A stretch of DNA of 64,000 bases, from sequence record MK509462. One strand, written 5' to 3'. Shown piece by piece: positions 1-9,111 of this stretch (position 1 is the first letter of the stretch; the number at the start of each line of letters is the position of its first letter). A model generated the notes under the pieces. The model was not told the DNA's origin. It saw nothing but the letters and a program-made list of their open reading frames with translations, and ran no database searches. This DNA is from Shigella phage MK-13. The translations under genes were made by a program, and so were the position numbers.

Positions 1-764
1 CCGCTATTCAAGAAACCGAAAACGCTGCCAACGTCGAGCGCCTGCGTCTGGTTGAAGCTCATCAGTCTGAGATTGCTCAGCTGAAAGAGTCTCACTTGAT
101 GGAGATCGCAACCAAAGTTGACAGCTTCCTGAACGCTGTTGTAGAAGAGTGGGCTAACACCAACGCTCCTGCAATCGATGCTCAGATCAAGCGTGAAGCA
201 GCTGAAAACCTGCTGACTGGCCTGACTGGCGTTCTGAAAGAAGCTGGTATCAACTTTGCGACTGACGAAAACGGCCAGATCGCTGCGCTGACTGCCCGCC
301 TGACAGAAGCAGAACAACGCGCTGCGGCTGCTGAAAGCGAAAACCGTCAAATCAAAGAAGCCGCGAATGCGACTCTGCGCGACTCTGTGATCGCCCGTAT
401 CTGTGAAGGCATGGTCGACACCAAGAAAGCAACGGTTGTCAATCTGCTGGAAGCGGTGCAGTTCACCACCGAAAGCGAATTCGCTTCCCGCGTACACACC
501 TTCCGCAACCTGGTAGAAGGTAAGTCCGCGAAGAAAGAAGGCGATGACGATGACGACTTCCAGGATAAAGTCGGCGGCAAAGATGGCGACGACGACAACA
601 AAGGCGACAAAGACAAAGTCGACGAAGGCAAAAAGTCTAAGAAAGAAGGCGATGACGGCGACGATGATGGCAAAGACGATGAAGATGAAACAGACAAAGA
701 GCTGAAAGAATCTATCAAGCGTCAGTTGGCCGACTATAATCGTCGCTTCGGCATCAACGGCTAA
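1..764 (+). CDS. prohead core scaffold protein, gp22-like (5' partial; reading frame opens at nt 3)
   Basis: Open frame runs to window start; coiled-coil then acidic K/D/G/E low-complexity tail; sits immediately upstream of gp23 homolog as in T4. Confidence 0.6.
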   Translation, partial: AIQETENAANVERLRLVEAHQSEIAQLKESHLMEIATKVDSFLNAVVEEWANTNAPAIDAQIKREAAENLLTGLTGVLKEAGINFATDENGQIAALTARLTEAEQRAAAAESENRQIKEAANATLRDSVIARICEGMVDTKKATVVNLLEAVQFTTESEFASRVHTFRNLVEGKSAKKEGDDDDDFQDKVGGKDGDDDNKGDKDKVDEGKKSKKEGDDGDDDGKDDEDETDKELKESIKRQLADYNRRFGING

Positions 765-846
765 TTTTAGCAGCCACAGCCCTCGAAAGGGGGCTTGATT
801 TTGAACTACTAAGTAATTTCAACTTAACTGAATATCAATGTAAGGA

Positions 847-2178
847 ATGACCATCATGGCTAAGAAACTTGTTACTGAACAAATGCGCGAGCAGTGGCTG
901 CCAGTTCTTCAGAAAGAATCTGAAAGTATCCAGCCGCTTTCTGCCGAAAACGTTGCTGTCCGCCTGCTGCAAAACCAGGCTGAGTGGAACGCCAAAAACC
1001 TGGGCGAATCTGACGCTCCTGGTTCTGTGAACAACTCTGTGGGCAAATGGCAGCCAGTCCTGATCGACATGGCAAAACGTCTGGCTCCGATCAACATCGC
1101 GATGGACTTCTTCGGCGTACAGCCGCTGTCTGGTCCTGACGGTCAGATCTTTGCTCTGCGTGCTCGCCAGGGCGTCGGCGACTCATCCAACACCCAACAG
1201 TCCCGTAAAGAACTGTTCATGCAGGAAGCTGATTCCGGCTACTCTGGTGACGGTACTGTACAGGCTGGCGATCCATCTGGCTTTACTCAGGCCGAGATCG
1301 AAGGTTCCGGCGCTGGCGTGACCACCATCGGTAAAGGCATGCCAACCACCGACGCTGAACTGCTGGGCACCACCACCAACCCATGGGCGCGTGTTGGTAT
1401 CACCGTTCAGAAAGCAACCGTGACTGCGAAGTCTCGTGGCCTGTACGCTGACTACAGCCATGAACTGCGCCAGGACATGATGGCGATCCACGGCGAAGAC
1501 GTTGACAGCATCCTGTCCGACGTGATGGTAACTGAAATTCAGGCGGAAATGAACCGTGAGTTCATCCGTACCATGAACTTCAGTGCAGTACGCTTCAAAA
1601 AATTCGGCGCAAACGGCGTTGTAGACATCTCCACCGACATCTCCGGTCGTTGGGCGCTGGAAAAATGGAAGTACATGACTTTCATGCTGGAAGTTGAAGC
1701 GAACGGCATCGGTGTTGACACCCGTCGTGGTAAAGGCAACCGTGTTCTGTGTTCTCCGAACGTAGCATCCGCTCTGGCAATGTCCGGCATGCTGGATTAC
1801 GCTCCGGCGCTGCAGGAAAACACCAAGCTGGCGATCGACCCAACTGGCCAGACCTTCGCTGGTGTTCTGTCTAACGGTATGCGTGTCTACATCGACCCGT
1901 ATGCAGTAGCAGAGTACATCACCCTGGCATACAAAGGCGCGACCGCGCTGGATGCTGGTATCTTCTTCGCGCCGTATGTGCCGCTGGAAATGTACCGCAC
2001 CCAGGGTGAAACCACCTTCAGCCCACGTATGGCGTTCAAAACTCGTTACGGCATCTGCGCGAACCCATTCGTACAGATCCCAGCGAACCAGGACCCACAG
2101 GTTTACGTGACTGCCGATGGTATCGCTCAGGACAGCAACCCTTACTTCCGTAAAGGTCTGATCAAAGGTCTGTTCTAA
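847..2178 (+). CDS. major capsid protein, T4 gp23-like
   Basis: N-terminus MTI..., blocks FFGVQPLSGPDGQIFALRA and NPW...KSRGL...ELRQD...EIQAEMNRE match T4 gp23; highly biased codon usage; alternative start at 856 has better RBS spacing. Confidence 0.85.
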   Translation: MTIMAKKLVTEQMREQWLPVLQKESESIQPLSAENVAVRLLQNQAEWNAKNLGESDAPGSVNNSVGKWQPVLIDMAKRLAPINIAMDFFGVQPLSGPDGQIFALRARQGVGDSSNTQQSRKELFMQEADSGYSGDGTVQAGDPSGFTQAEIEGSGAGVTTIGKGMPTTDAELLGTTTNPWARVGITVQKATVTAKSRGLYADYSHELRQDMMAIHGEDVDSILSDVMVTEIQAEMNREFIRTMNFSAVRFKKFGANGVVDISTDISGRWALEKWKYMTFMLEVEANGIGVDTRRGKGNRVLCSPNVASALAMSGMLDYAPALQENTKLAIDPTGQTFAGVLSNGMRVYIDPYAVAEYITLAYKGATALDAGIFFAPYVPLEMYRTQGETTFSPRMAFKTRYGICANPFVQIPANQDPQVYVTADGIAQDSNPYFRKGLIKGLF

Positions 2179-2197
2179 TCTAACAGGCTGGTCCTAC

Positions 2198-2224
2198 AAA
2201 ACCCCGCTTCGGCGGGGTTTTTCA
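2198..2224 (+). terminator. rho-independent terminator after capsid gene
   Basis: GC hairpin aaaccccgcttcggcggggttt followed by T-run. Confidence 0.7.
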
Positions 2225-2270
2225 TTATGGGGATTCGCTATATGATGTGCCAAACTAATTGGAGGCCATC

Positions 2271-2498
2271 ATGAACGATAAAGAAATAGACATCCGTGCT
2301 ATAGAGCTACAGGGCGCGAAGAAATACATCATGGGACAGATTGAAGAAGCGGAAAAGGAGTTGAGGCGTTTGAAATCTGGTATCTTCAGCTCATTCATGA
2401 ATTCCAAATCGATATTGGCTGTAGAGGTCTACAAAGATACGATGAGTATTCTGCTAGACGACATCAACAAGAAGATCGCTAGACACATTCCGAGTTAA
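2271..2498 (+). CDS. hypothetical protein (75 aa)
   Basis: ORF with GGAGG RBS 6 nt upstream of ATG. Confidence 0.4.
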   Translation: MNDKEIDIRAIELQGAKKYIMGQIEEAEKELRRLKSGIFSSFMNSKSILAVEVYKDTMSILLDDINKKIARHIPS

Positions 2499-2590
2499 TT
2501 CCTTTATCGTGTCGATTTAATACCCGCGTTGTTCAATACACCTGCCTGTTGTATGCTTGTACAGTCAACCATACAACAGGAGTACAAATC

Positions 2591-2923
2591 ATGTCAAGTA
2601 ACCTCGTATCACCAACACAATCCGTGTCCCAAATTCTGGTCAATGCTCGTTCTCATAAAGAGCGTTTGTGCAACCTCCTCACCAATATCAGAAACATCCG
2701 TATCCAACTCGACGGTGATTACCCAACCGCTCAGAAAGGTGAAGATAAAGAAATGGCCGCGCCTGGTCTGGTCGGCTCGGTGATTGACGTCCAGTCTGAC
2801 CAGGACGATATTATCGACGCTATCTTTACCCATCTGGATGTAATCCATGAAAAACTAGGCACTTCATGTCATCCAGAATGTGAAGATGGGGTTGGTTCCC
2901 AGAATATGACTTTGGCTGGATAA
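2591..2923 (+). CDS. hypothetical protein (110 aa)
   Basis: ORF with AGGAG RBS; start chosen by RBS rather than first ATG. Confidence 0.4.
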   Translation: MSSNLVSPTQSVSQILVNARSHKERLCNLLTNIRNIRIQLDGDYPTAQKGEDKEMAAPGLVGSVIDVQSDQDDIIDAIFTHLDVIHEKLGTSCHPECEDGVGSQNMTLAG

Positions 2924-2983
2924 AGAGTTTCAAAGATTGCATGATGGTATTATTACCCTCTCTATTAATCGAGGAAATCACAA

Positions 2984-3183
2984 TGAGCCTGAAAGAAGAT
3001 TCTGTAAACACCACAGTCGCCAACTCCACCTTCCGTGAGTGGCACGACGTATTGTGCAAAGTCGCGAAAAGCCAGGGTGGTTCAGCCGCCGACGCCGACG
3101 CCTGGCGTGATGATTACGAAGCGGGCAAGACCCCTCGCCAGTCTTGGGAAGATGAATGGGGTTGGGAAGAACAAGAAGGATAA
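2984..3183 (+). CDS. hypothetical small acidic Trp-rich protein (66 aa)
   Basis: ORF with GAGGAA RBS. Confidence 0.3.
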
Positions 3184-3243
3184 CAGTTTTCAATAACGGG
3201 GTGAGAGGTATTATTGCCCCGTCTACTATCCGAGGGCTGTGCC

Positions 3244-3471
3244 ATGTACCTGAAAAAGATCGTGAAGAAGCCGAAAGGTGATGTTGTCGAAGTATGTCTC
3301 ATTGAGGCTTACGTTGACTCCTGGAACAACGAGCAGCGTTACTTCATGGTCGACACGATGGTGTATGTGCCAGCCTCTCACCTGAACCGTGATTTCATCA
3401 CAACCGAAAATGTCGTCCGCTGGGAGATTGCAACGCAGTCCGATATCGACGAACATCCCATTTTGAACTGA
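3244..3471 (+). CDS. hypothetical protein (75 aa)
   Basis: ORF with GAGGG RBS. Confidence 0.35.
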   Translation: MYLKKIVKKPKGDVVEVCLIEAYVDSWNNEQRYFMVDTMVYVPASHLNRDFITTENVVRWEIATQSDIDEHPILN

Positions 3472-3483
3472 AGGATCTATATC

Positions 3484-3927
3484 ATGTGTGATAAGAATTT
3501 CATTTTCATTAGTCCCGCCAAGAAACAGTTCTTCCGTAGCTCCGTTGGGGACAAGGTGGAAGGTTTCCGTAAACTCAAAGATTATCGCCTGGCATGCGGT
3601 GATGTTGATTTTCAGAGCTTCGACAATGATCGCCAGGATTTGAACGATGAGGGTTGGACAGAAGTTCCATCCCCACAGTTTATCGACGTCAAGCTGTACT
3701 ACATGAAGGACAGTGGGAAGTATTATTCAGAAGGTGTGATCAAAATCAACCGTGGGGAGGCCGAGGCCGAACCTGCTAAGTCCTGGATGGAGACTATGGA
3801 TAAAATCCGCTATCTGCTTGACTCAGGCAATTTGCCTGGTTTGGTTAAAGGTGCCCGGTACGAGGTCTTCGTGACCGGAGAAGGGCATCCAGGTGGGTAT
3901 CCGGCGGCATTCCACATTAACAACTGA
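3484..3927 (+). CDS. hypothetical protein (147 aa)
   Basis: ORF preceded by conserved aaggaNctatatcATG initiation context. Confidence 0.5.
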   Translation: MCDKNFIFISPAKKQFFRSSVGDKVEGFRKLKDYRLACGDVDFQSFDNDRQDLNDEGWTEVPSPQFIDVKLYYMKDSGKYYSEGVIKINRGEAEAEPAKSWMETMDKIRYLLDSGNLPGLVKGARYEVFVTGEGHPGGYPAAFHINN

Positions 3928-3934
3928 GGTCATC

Positions 3935-4171
3935 ATGAGAATCAAAAAGATCGGCGCAAGTCCTCTCACTGGGACAATCTTCCAGGGCACCCTGAACACC
4001 AAGACCAGCATGTGGATCGGTGAGAAGACTGATGTGACCGAAGACTGCGTGGCGGCCACGGCTGAACACATGCGACACATCAAGAAAGACTATTGCTTCC
4101 CAACGACGGATGGTAAGTTCTTGGTGCTGTCAGCTGAACTGCACGACACCCTTCCTGACCGTTTTAAATAA
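3935..4171 (+). CDS. hypothetical protein (78 aa)
   Basis: ORF with GAGG RBS. Confidence 0.4.
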   Translation: MRIKKIGASPLTGTIFQGTLNTKTSMWIGEKTDVTEDCVAATAEHMRHIKKDYCFPTTDGKFLVLSAELHDTLPDRFK

Positions 4172-4195
4172 ATTCAATAAAAAGTTGAATACGGG

Positions 4196-4224
4196 GTTTA
4201 CTTCTTCAATAAACCCCGTATACT
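4196..4224 (+). promoter_or_regulatory. T4-type early promoter (-35 GTTTAC, 17-nt spacer, -10 TATACT) embedded in stem-loop
   Basis: acggggTTTACttcttcaataaaccccgTATACT; hairpin spans the -35 (PeSL-like cassette). Confidence 0.5.
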
Positions 4225-4273
4225 TCATTCCATAAGCAGCACAACACTGACTCTGAAATGAAGGAAATACATC

Positions 4274-4540
4274 ATGGCACGTTCAATCCACGATTTTAAA
4301 GACTCTGATATCCTGGCTTTCATCATGGACGGTCGAATGGTAGTTGTAAACGATGGCGACGACCGCCACAATACCACTCTGGTGATGAACAACGAAGTTG
4401 TTTACAGCAACACCCGCGAAGGCATGATCAAGATGCTTCAAAACCCTCAGCGCTTCGGCAGCAAAATACACAAAGATTACAAAAGCCGCTGCCCGATGCT
4501 GGCTCAGCGCCTGATTTGGGCGATGCAAAGCGCCGCATAA
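4274..4540 (+). CDS. hypothetical protein (88 aa)
   Basis: ORF with AAGGAA RBS downstream of promoter cassette. Confidence 0.45.
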   Translation: MARSIHDFKDSDILAFIMDGRMVVVNDGDDRHNTTLVMNNEVVYSNTREGMIKMLQNPQRFGSKIHKDYKSRCPMLAQRLIWAMQSAA

Positions 4541-4545
4541 CAAAC

Positions 4546-4565
4546 AAGCCCCTCCGGGGGCTTCT
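4546..4565 (+). terminator. intergenic GC hairpin, probable terminator
   Basis: aagcccctccgggggctt followed by T-containing tract. Confidence 0.5.
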
Positions 4566-4595
4566 GTCTCCCATTTGAATTGAAGGAACTATATC

Positions 4596-4877
4596 ATGAC
4601 AACTAAAGCGCAATTGATCGAAGCCCTGAATGCTGGCGCTATCACCCACTCTCGTTACAAAGTAACATTGCAGCAATTTGTTGGTATGGCCGTCGGAAAT
4701 GCCAAATTCACCCCAATCTCTTCCCCTGAAAAATTTCCAGTTAAGGCCAGCCAGCCGAAGTTTTCGGTAGTTTGCCAGGGTGAAGAAATCACCGCTCTGT
4801 GGGAATATGATAACATGTATTTTGAATGTTCTGACGGCGTGTTAGCATACCATGTGGAAGGCGAGCATTTGTTCTAA
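4596..4877 (+). CDS. hypothetical protein (93 aa)
   Basis: ORF with conserved aaggaactatatcATG context. Confidence 0.45.
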   Translation: MTTKAQLIEALNAGAITHSRYKVTLQQFVGMAVGNAKFTPISSPEKFPVKASQPKFSVVCQGEEITALWEYDNMYFECSDGVLAYHVEGEHLF

Positions 4878-4936
4878 ACCTTTGAACGGGGTATGTTAAC
4901 CGCATACCCTATCCCCTACAAATAGAGGACTTTATC

Positions 4937-5257
4937 ATGGCTAACAGCATCCCAATTTTAGAAGCGGTCGTAAAAGAGAACCCTCGTGCGCGCAAATCGC
5001 GTCGTCGACTGGTCACCAAGCTGGACCTTCTGAAACAGAAGTTCGGCGACCACAGTGTGTTCGCTCGTATCCGTAATGCATTAAAGGAAGGAAGAACCGA
5101 GCTGGAGCTTTATCGCCCGAACGGTTCGACACGCGCGTATCAAACCACTGACGGCTTACTGGAACTGATCCGCCTGAGCGGGATGACAATCGAACCCCGT
5201 TCGTCAGGCACTCCTCTGTGCTCCCTGTATGTCATCGGCAATCTTGGGGCGCTGTGA
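4937..5257 (+). CDS. hypothetical protein (106 aa)
   Basis: ORF with GAGGA RBS after hairpin. Confidence 0.45.
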   Translation: MANSIPILEAVVKENPRARKSRRRLVTKLDLLKQKFGDHSVFARIRNALKEGRTELELYRPNGSTRAYQTTDGLLELIRLSGMTIEPRSSGTPLCSLYVIGNLGAL

Positions 5258-5262
5258 GTTCC

Positions 5263-5685
5263 ATGAAGAAATATATCGTACTCGTTACAGGTTCCCGCTC
5301 AATCACCGAGCGGGATAAGGTATTCGCCAAGCTGGACGAACTCCTCGATCCTCATGAAGTCTATACGTTGATCGAGGGTGAGGCCACGGGTGTCGACACG
5401 ATTTGCCGTGATTGGGCTGAAATCAATTATGTTCATACCACTCCTATGCCAATCCCTCCGAGCTATTATGAAAAGTATGGGAACGGGATGGGCAACAAAC
5501 GCAATCAGGACATGTTAGACAAGGCATTGGATCTCGCCAGGCAGACCAAGCTGGAAGTGTATCCGATTGCGATGTGGGATGGTTCGTCCACTGGCACCCT
5601 GGACATGATCAACCGTTGCAAGAAAGCTGGCCTCCCTGTGGACATCACACTGATGGGCAAGCCGAAGACCAAGCGCCTTTTGTAA
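5263..5685 (+). CDS. hypothetical protein, possible Rossmann-like (SLOG/LOG-like) fold
   Basis: N-terminal MKKYIVLVTGSRSI motif resembles Rossmann-type nucleotide-binding families; weak call. Confidence 0.35.
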   Translation: MKKYIVLVTGSRSITERDKVFAKLDELLDPHEVYTLIEGEATGVDTICRDWAEINYVHTTPMPIPPSYYEKYGNGMGNKRNQDMLDKALDLARQTKLEVYPIAMWDGSSTGTLDMINRCKKAGLPVDITLMGKPKTKRLL

Positions 5686-5726
5686 CATACCATAAATAAT
5701 TTGAGTTCACACAGCGGAGATACATC

Positions 5727-5894
5727 ATGTTTGTCGTCAATCTGTTCTGCTATATCTTCACGGCGTACTTCCTGGGAGCAGTAGGGTTCGAGACCTACAA
5801 TGACCTGAAGGAGGGCGAATACGCCGACTGGAAGGTCTATGCCAAGAAGTTCGCTCGGAAGTTCTGGTCCAACTTCGTTTACAAACTGCCATGA
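5727..5894 (+). CDS. hypothetical small hydrophobic protein (55 aa)
   Basis: ORF below 60 aa with GGAGA RBS, hydrophobic N-terminus. Confidence 0.3.
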   Translation: MFVVNLFCYIFTAYFLGAVGFETYNDLKEGEYADWKVYAKKFARKFWSNFVYKLP

Positions 5895-5931
5895 TCACCT
5901 AAATACCCCCATCATCCATGGGGGTATTTTC

Positions 5932-6661
5932 TATGAACGCACAGATCTATGACGCCCTTGAGCAGGGCAACGCATTTAACAATCCTCTCCCGTCCCTCAG
6001 CAGCACGTCTCAGGGTTTAATCACCAGCGGCAAGGCGACTACAGCTGCACTGGCAAACACCGGAAATACGCAAATCCAGGGCGCTCTGACGGCAGGCGGT
6101 CTAACCACGGCCAAGCTCAATGAAACGAACACGATGTTCACCTCTGCCAACACCAGCCTCACCACGCTGAACAACTATGGTGATCAGACTGTGAACGAAG
6201 CGTATTCCCGCATCGGGACTTCCGTGTCGTACAAATCTGGCCTGAAGTCAATCGAGCGCGAGCCGACCAACTGTGATCTGATCAATAATGCCTTCGGCGT
6301 CATACAGACTCTTGGGCGCCAGTGGATCGGCGCTATGGAGGGCGCTCTCAGCACTGTTACCGCCAAGATGGCCGAACTGGCTGAGTTAGTTGCGCAGGGT
6401 GTGAGCGCTGGCCTGGCAAAGATCCAGGCGCTGGCCGCCGAAGTTACCGGATATATCAACGATGCTATTGCTCAGGTGGCGCAAATCGGTCAGGATATCG
6501 CCAATGGTATTGCCTCAGAGTTGGCCCACATCCAAGACATGGTCAGCAAGTGTCTGAACTTCTCGTTCGCCAATGTACTGTCTGAGTGGGCTAAAGACCT
6601 GTGCGCTGGTGGTGTTATCAACAACATCGGTTCTGATAATCTGAAGAGCGCCCTGAAGTAA
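5932..6661 (+). CDS. hypothetical Ala/Thr/Gly-rich protein (243 aa)
   Basis: Long ORF; low-complexity T/A/G-rich N half, helical C half. Confidence 0.5.
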
Positions 6662-7312
6662 TCAGCGCTCCCGCGCCGGAAGAACTCCCACTGGTTCGAT
6701 ACCGTCCAACAGTAGGGAGTTCACCCCGACGTTGCTCAGCCTGATCCAGATCGTCCCCTCTGGCTTCACTTCGAAGATGTTCATCTCATTCCCAACAGCA
6801 TCGTTGTTGACAAACACACCCTGAGTTGCGATTCGTACTGGCTTGTCTGAGTCATTCATGATCTTGAACGTCACGATTATATCCGATGTTTCACTCAGTC
6901 GCCCAACCATGTGTTGCTTCAGTTTGGCGTAGAATGATGGATTAAAAGTGATGATGATGCTGTTGTTCTGAGAGTAATAAATACTTGCTGATAGGTATGG
7001 AATCTTCCCTTCATCGCCACGACGCAGGAGGGGAATCGTGGTCTTCCAGTATGGCTTGAGGGTGCTCGTGTTCTCCTCGAAGCAACCCAAAGGCACGAGC
7101 TTCTGGAAGGTCTGGAACTCTTGCACGATGATGTCCAGCATACCCTTGTTACAAGTAGGAACACTGGCCGACAACGTCACGGGCACGGTGCGTACTTCTG
7201 GGTTCCAGAGTTCGGAAACAGAAATTATTGGCGTGACAAAGATGCGACAGCTCGTAAGCAAGAGCATCGCGCATGCCAACAACAATCTACTGATCCCGCG
7301 CATCAGGGTCAC
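6662..7312 (-). CDS. putative lipoprotein
   Basis: N-terminus MTLMRGISRLLLACAMLLLTSC has signal-peptide shape with lipobox-like L-T-S-C; GTG start with GGAGA RBS (ATG alternative at 7303). Confidence 0.45.
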   Translation of the reverse strand: MTLMRGISRLLLACAMLLLTSCRIFVTPIISVSELWNPEVRTVPVTLSASVPTCNKGMLDIIVQEFQTFQKLVPLGCFEENTSTLKPYWKTTIPLLRRGDEGKIPYLSASIYYSQNNSIIITFNPSFYAKLKQHMVGRLSETSDIIVTFKIMNDSDKPVRIATQGVFVNNDAVGNEMNIFEVKPEGTIWIRLSNVGVNSLLLDGIEPVGVLPARER

Positions 7313-7341
7313 AAAATATCTCCACAGCAAAAGGTGCTATT

Positions 7342-7842
7342 ATGTCCGACGTACAATTCAAGAACGAAAACCCTAATTTCGCGGCGTCCGATAAGTGGCG
7401 TCTGACTATCGGAGACCTTGTACTCCTAACCCGTAACATCCACGACTTCAGTATACCAGGAGTGTACTCTGAAGGCATCGATGGTCCGTCTCCTGGCGAC
7501 GTACTGGTTTCTATCCCTTCAGAACGTTTAACCTATGATCCCGTCGTATTTACTTTCGTTATAGACGAGGACTGGAAATCATGGTTACAGATCCACCAAT
7601 GGATCACCAGCAACGTCGGCAAGGATTTGGCTGTCTCCAAGGACATTACCATTGAATTACTGGATAACCTCAACCGACCGATTGGCCTCACTCTCGTGCT
7701 GGAGGAAGCCCGTCCGACTGCTCTGGACAACGTACTGGTGGATGTGGACGCGGCTGTACCTCAGCTGGTGACGACAGTGACGTTCAAGTTCCAGCAGCTG
7801 GTCCCACTATCTGGTGGGAAGGTGATTGATTCTAATCCATGA
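7342..7842 (+). CDS. hypothetical protein (166 aa), weak resemblance to tail-tube/gp19-like fold
   Basis: Some sequence pattern similarity to T4 gp19 family by eye; not decisive. Confidence 0.4.
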   Translation: MSDVQFKNENPNFAASDKWRLTIGDLVLLTRNIHDFSIPGVYSEGIDGPSPGDVLVSIPSERLTYDPVVFTFVIDEDWKSWLQIHQWITSNVGKDLAVSKDITIELLDNLNRPIGLTLVLEEARPTALDNVLVDVDAAVPQLVTTVTFKFQQLVPLSGGKVIDSNP

Positions 7843-7884
7843 AATACGGTATAATTCTATGACATTGACAAGCTGGGATATTTT

Positions 7885-8337
7885 ATGAAAGAACAACTAC
7901 AGACAATGGCAACCGAGGACATCATGAACGAACTGGAGCCGCTGATTACAGTGGACCCAGAAGACATGAACCTTGACCAGATCTCACTGAAAATCGGGCG
8001 CTCTTGGATGGCCGTACAACGGCATTATCTGCGTGAGGGGCGTTATCTTGAATTCCTCAACGGGCGCTTCCGCCAGATCGATCTCTATCTGCGCCGCTAC
8101 TACGCAGGGGAGTTACCCCCGAACATCTACGCAGAGCGCCCCCTGAAGGTTCGCCCCCTGAAGTCTGACCTGGACACATGGGTCAAAGCCGACGATGACT
8201 ATGTAGAACTGTCTGTTCTGTTACAAGAACAAAAAGCAAAAGTCAAGTTCATCGAGACTTGTTTGGATCGCCTGAACAAGCTGGGATACGAAGTGAAGAA
8301 TGCCATCGATTGGCGAAAATATATGGATGGTTCCTGA
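7885..8337 (+). CDS. uvsY: recombination mediator UvsY-like
   Basis: Size and C-terminal block TCLDRLNKLGYEVKNAIDWRKY resemble T4 UvsY; adjacent to uvsW. Confidence 0.6.
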   Translation: MKEQLQTMATEDIMNELEPLITVDPEDMNLDQISLKIGRSWMAVQRHYLREGRYLEFLNGRFRQIDLYLRRYYAGELPPNIYAERPLKVRPLKSDLDTWVKADDDYVELSVLLQEQKAKVKFIETCLDRLNKLGYEVKNAIDWRKYMDGS

Positions 8338-9083
8338 TGGCATCTCTCCAAGCCCTGCGCAAGCTGAACGACTTCGAAAATCGTCATTACACATTCCAGC
8401 AGTACGAACTTCCTCATAAGGAACTGGAGTGTGTGACGACGGAGAACGGTCGTCATTATGTGTCACCAACTGGTGTCAAGCTGACGTCTGTAACGACGAT
8501 GCTGGGGCGTACTGGTGATCATGAATGGCTTGAGGCTTGGAGGGAGAAGCTGGGTGCAGAGGCCGCCGACCTTGAGACCATGCGTTGCGCTGACCGAGGG
8601 GAGAAGCTGCACCTCGCATGTGAACTGTATTTGAAGAACCGCCCAATGAAAGAAGTGTTGGAAGCGGCTGGCGAATACATGTTCATGTTCAAGCAGCTGT
8701 TCCCCTATCTGAACAAGATGACAAAGATCTATGCTCAGGAGATCCCGTTATATAGCGAGGTGCTTGGTCTCGCAGGTCGAGTGGACCTTATCGGGGTTTA
8801 TGAGGGTAAGCCTGCTATCATCGACTTCAAGACATCGAACACCATGAAGACGCGGGGAATGATCGAGGACTACAGTATCCAGCTGTGCTTGTACTCTGTT
8901 ATGTTCCAGCAGATGTTCGGTGTCAAGATCACCCGCCTCATCAATGTGATTGCCAACGAGTCATCGTTGACGCCAACCATCATAGAGTTCAACCGCGATG
9001 ACATACTGACGAAGATGTTTGAGCGTGTTCGTCTGTACCATCGCATGGATAAAGAACAGAACGGAGTCTGGCCGGATCGCTAA
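8337..9083 (+). CDS. PD-(D/E)XK superfamily nuclease (YqaJ/Cas4-like exonuclease fold, no Fe-S cysteines)
   Basis: Motif GRVDLIG...IIDFKTS (D...D-x-K) typical of PD-(D/E)XK nucleases; start overlaps uvsY stop (ATGA). Confidence 0.5.
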   Translation: MASLQALRKLNDFENRHYTFQQYELPHKELECVTTENGRHYVSPTGVKLTSVTTMLGRTGDHEWLEAWREKLGAEAADLETMRCADRGEKLHLACELYLKNRPMKEVLEAAGEYMFMFKQLFPYLNKMTKIYAQEIPLYSEVLGLAGRVDLIGVYEGKPAIIDFKTSNTMKTRGMIEDYSIQLCLYSVMFQQMFGVKITRLINVIANESSLTPTIIEFNRDDILTKMFERVRLYHRMDKEQNGVWPDR

Positions 9084-9111
9084 ATACCCCATATATCTTG
9101 GGAGATTTTGT

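Noticed and set aside
347-718. 123-aa minus-strand ORF rich in Ser/Pro/Leu
   Set aside because: Lies entirely inside the gp22-like scaffold gene and is the antisense reading of its acidic low-complexity repeat; no RBS.
847-2178. Alternative identity of the 443-aa capsid protein as vertex protein gp24
   Set aside because: Its position directly after gp22, the MTI N-terminus, the GVQP...FALRA block and the capsid-level codon bias fit gp23 better; the shorter length is attributed to a smaller insertion domain.
5760-5790. tRNA T-arm-like sequence gtagggttcgagacctac
   Set aside because: The loop is 8 nt, no acceptor or anticodon arms can be built around it, and it lies inside a small coding ORF; no convincing tRNA was found anywhere in the window by eye.
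7850-7884. Sigma70-like TATAAT upstream of uvsY (cggTATAATtct)
   Set aside because: No suitable -35 or GTTTAC element at 17 nt spacing and not an exact late TATAAATA; left uncalled.
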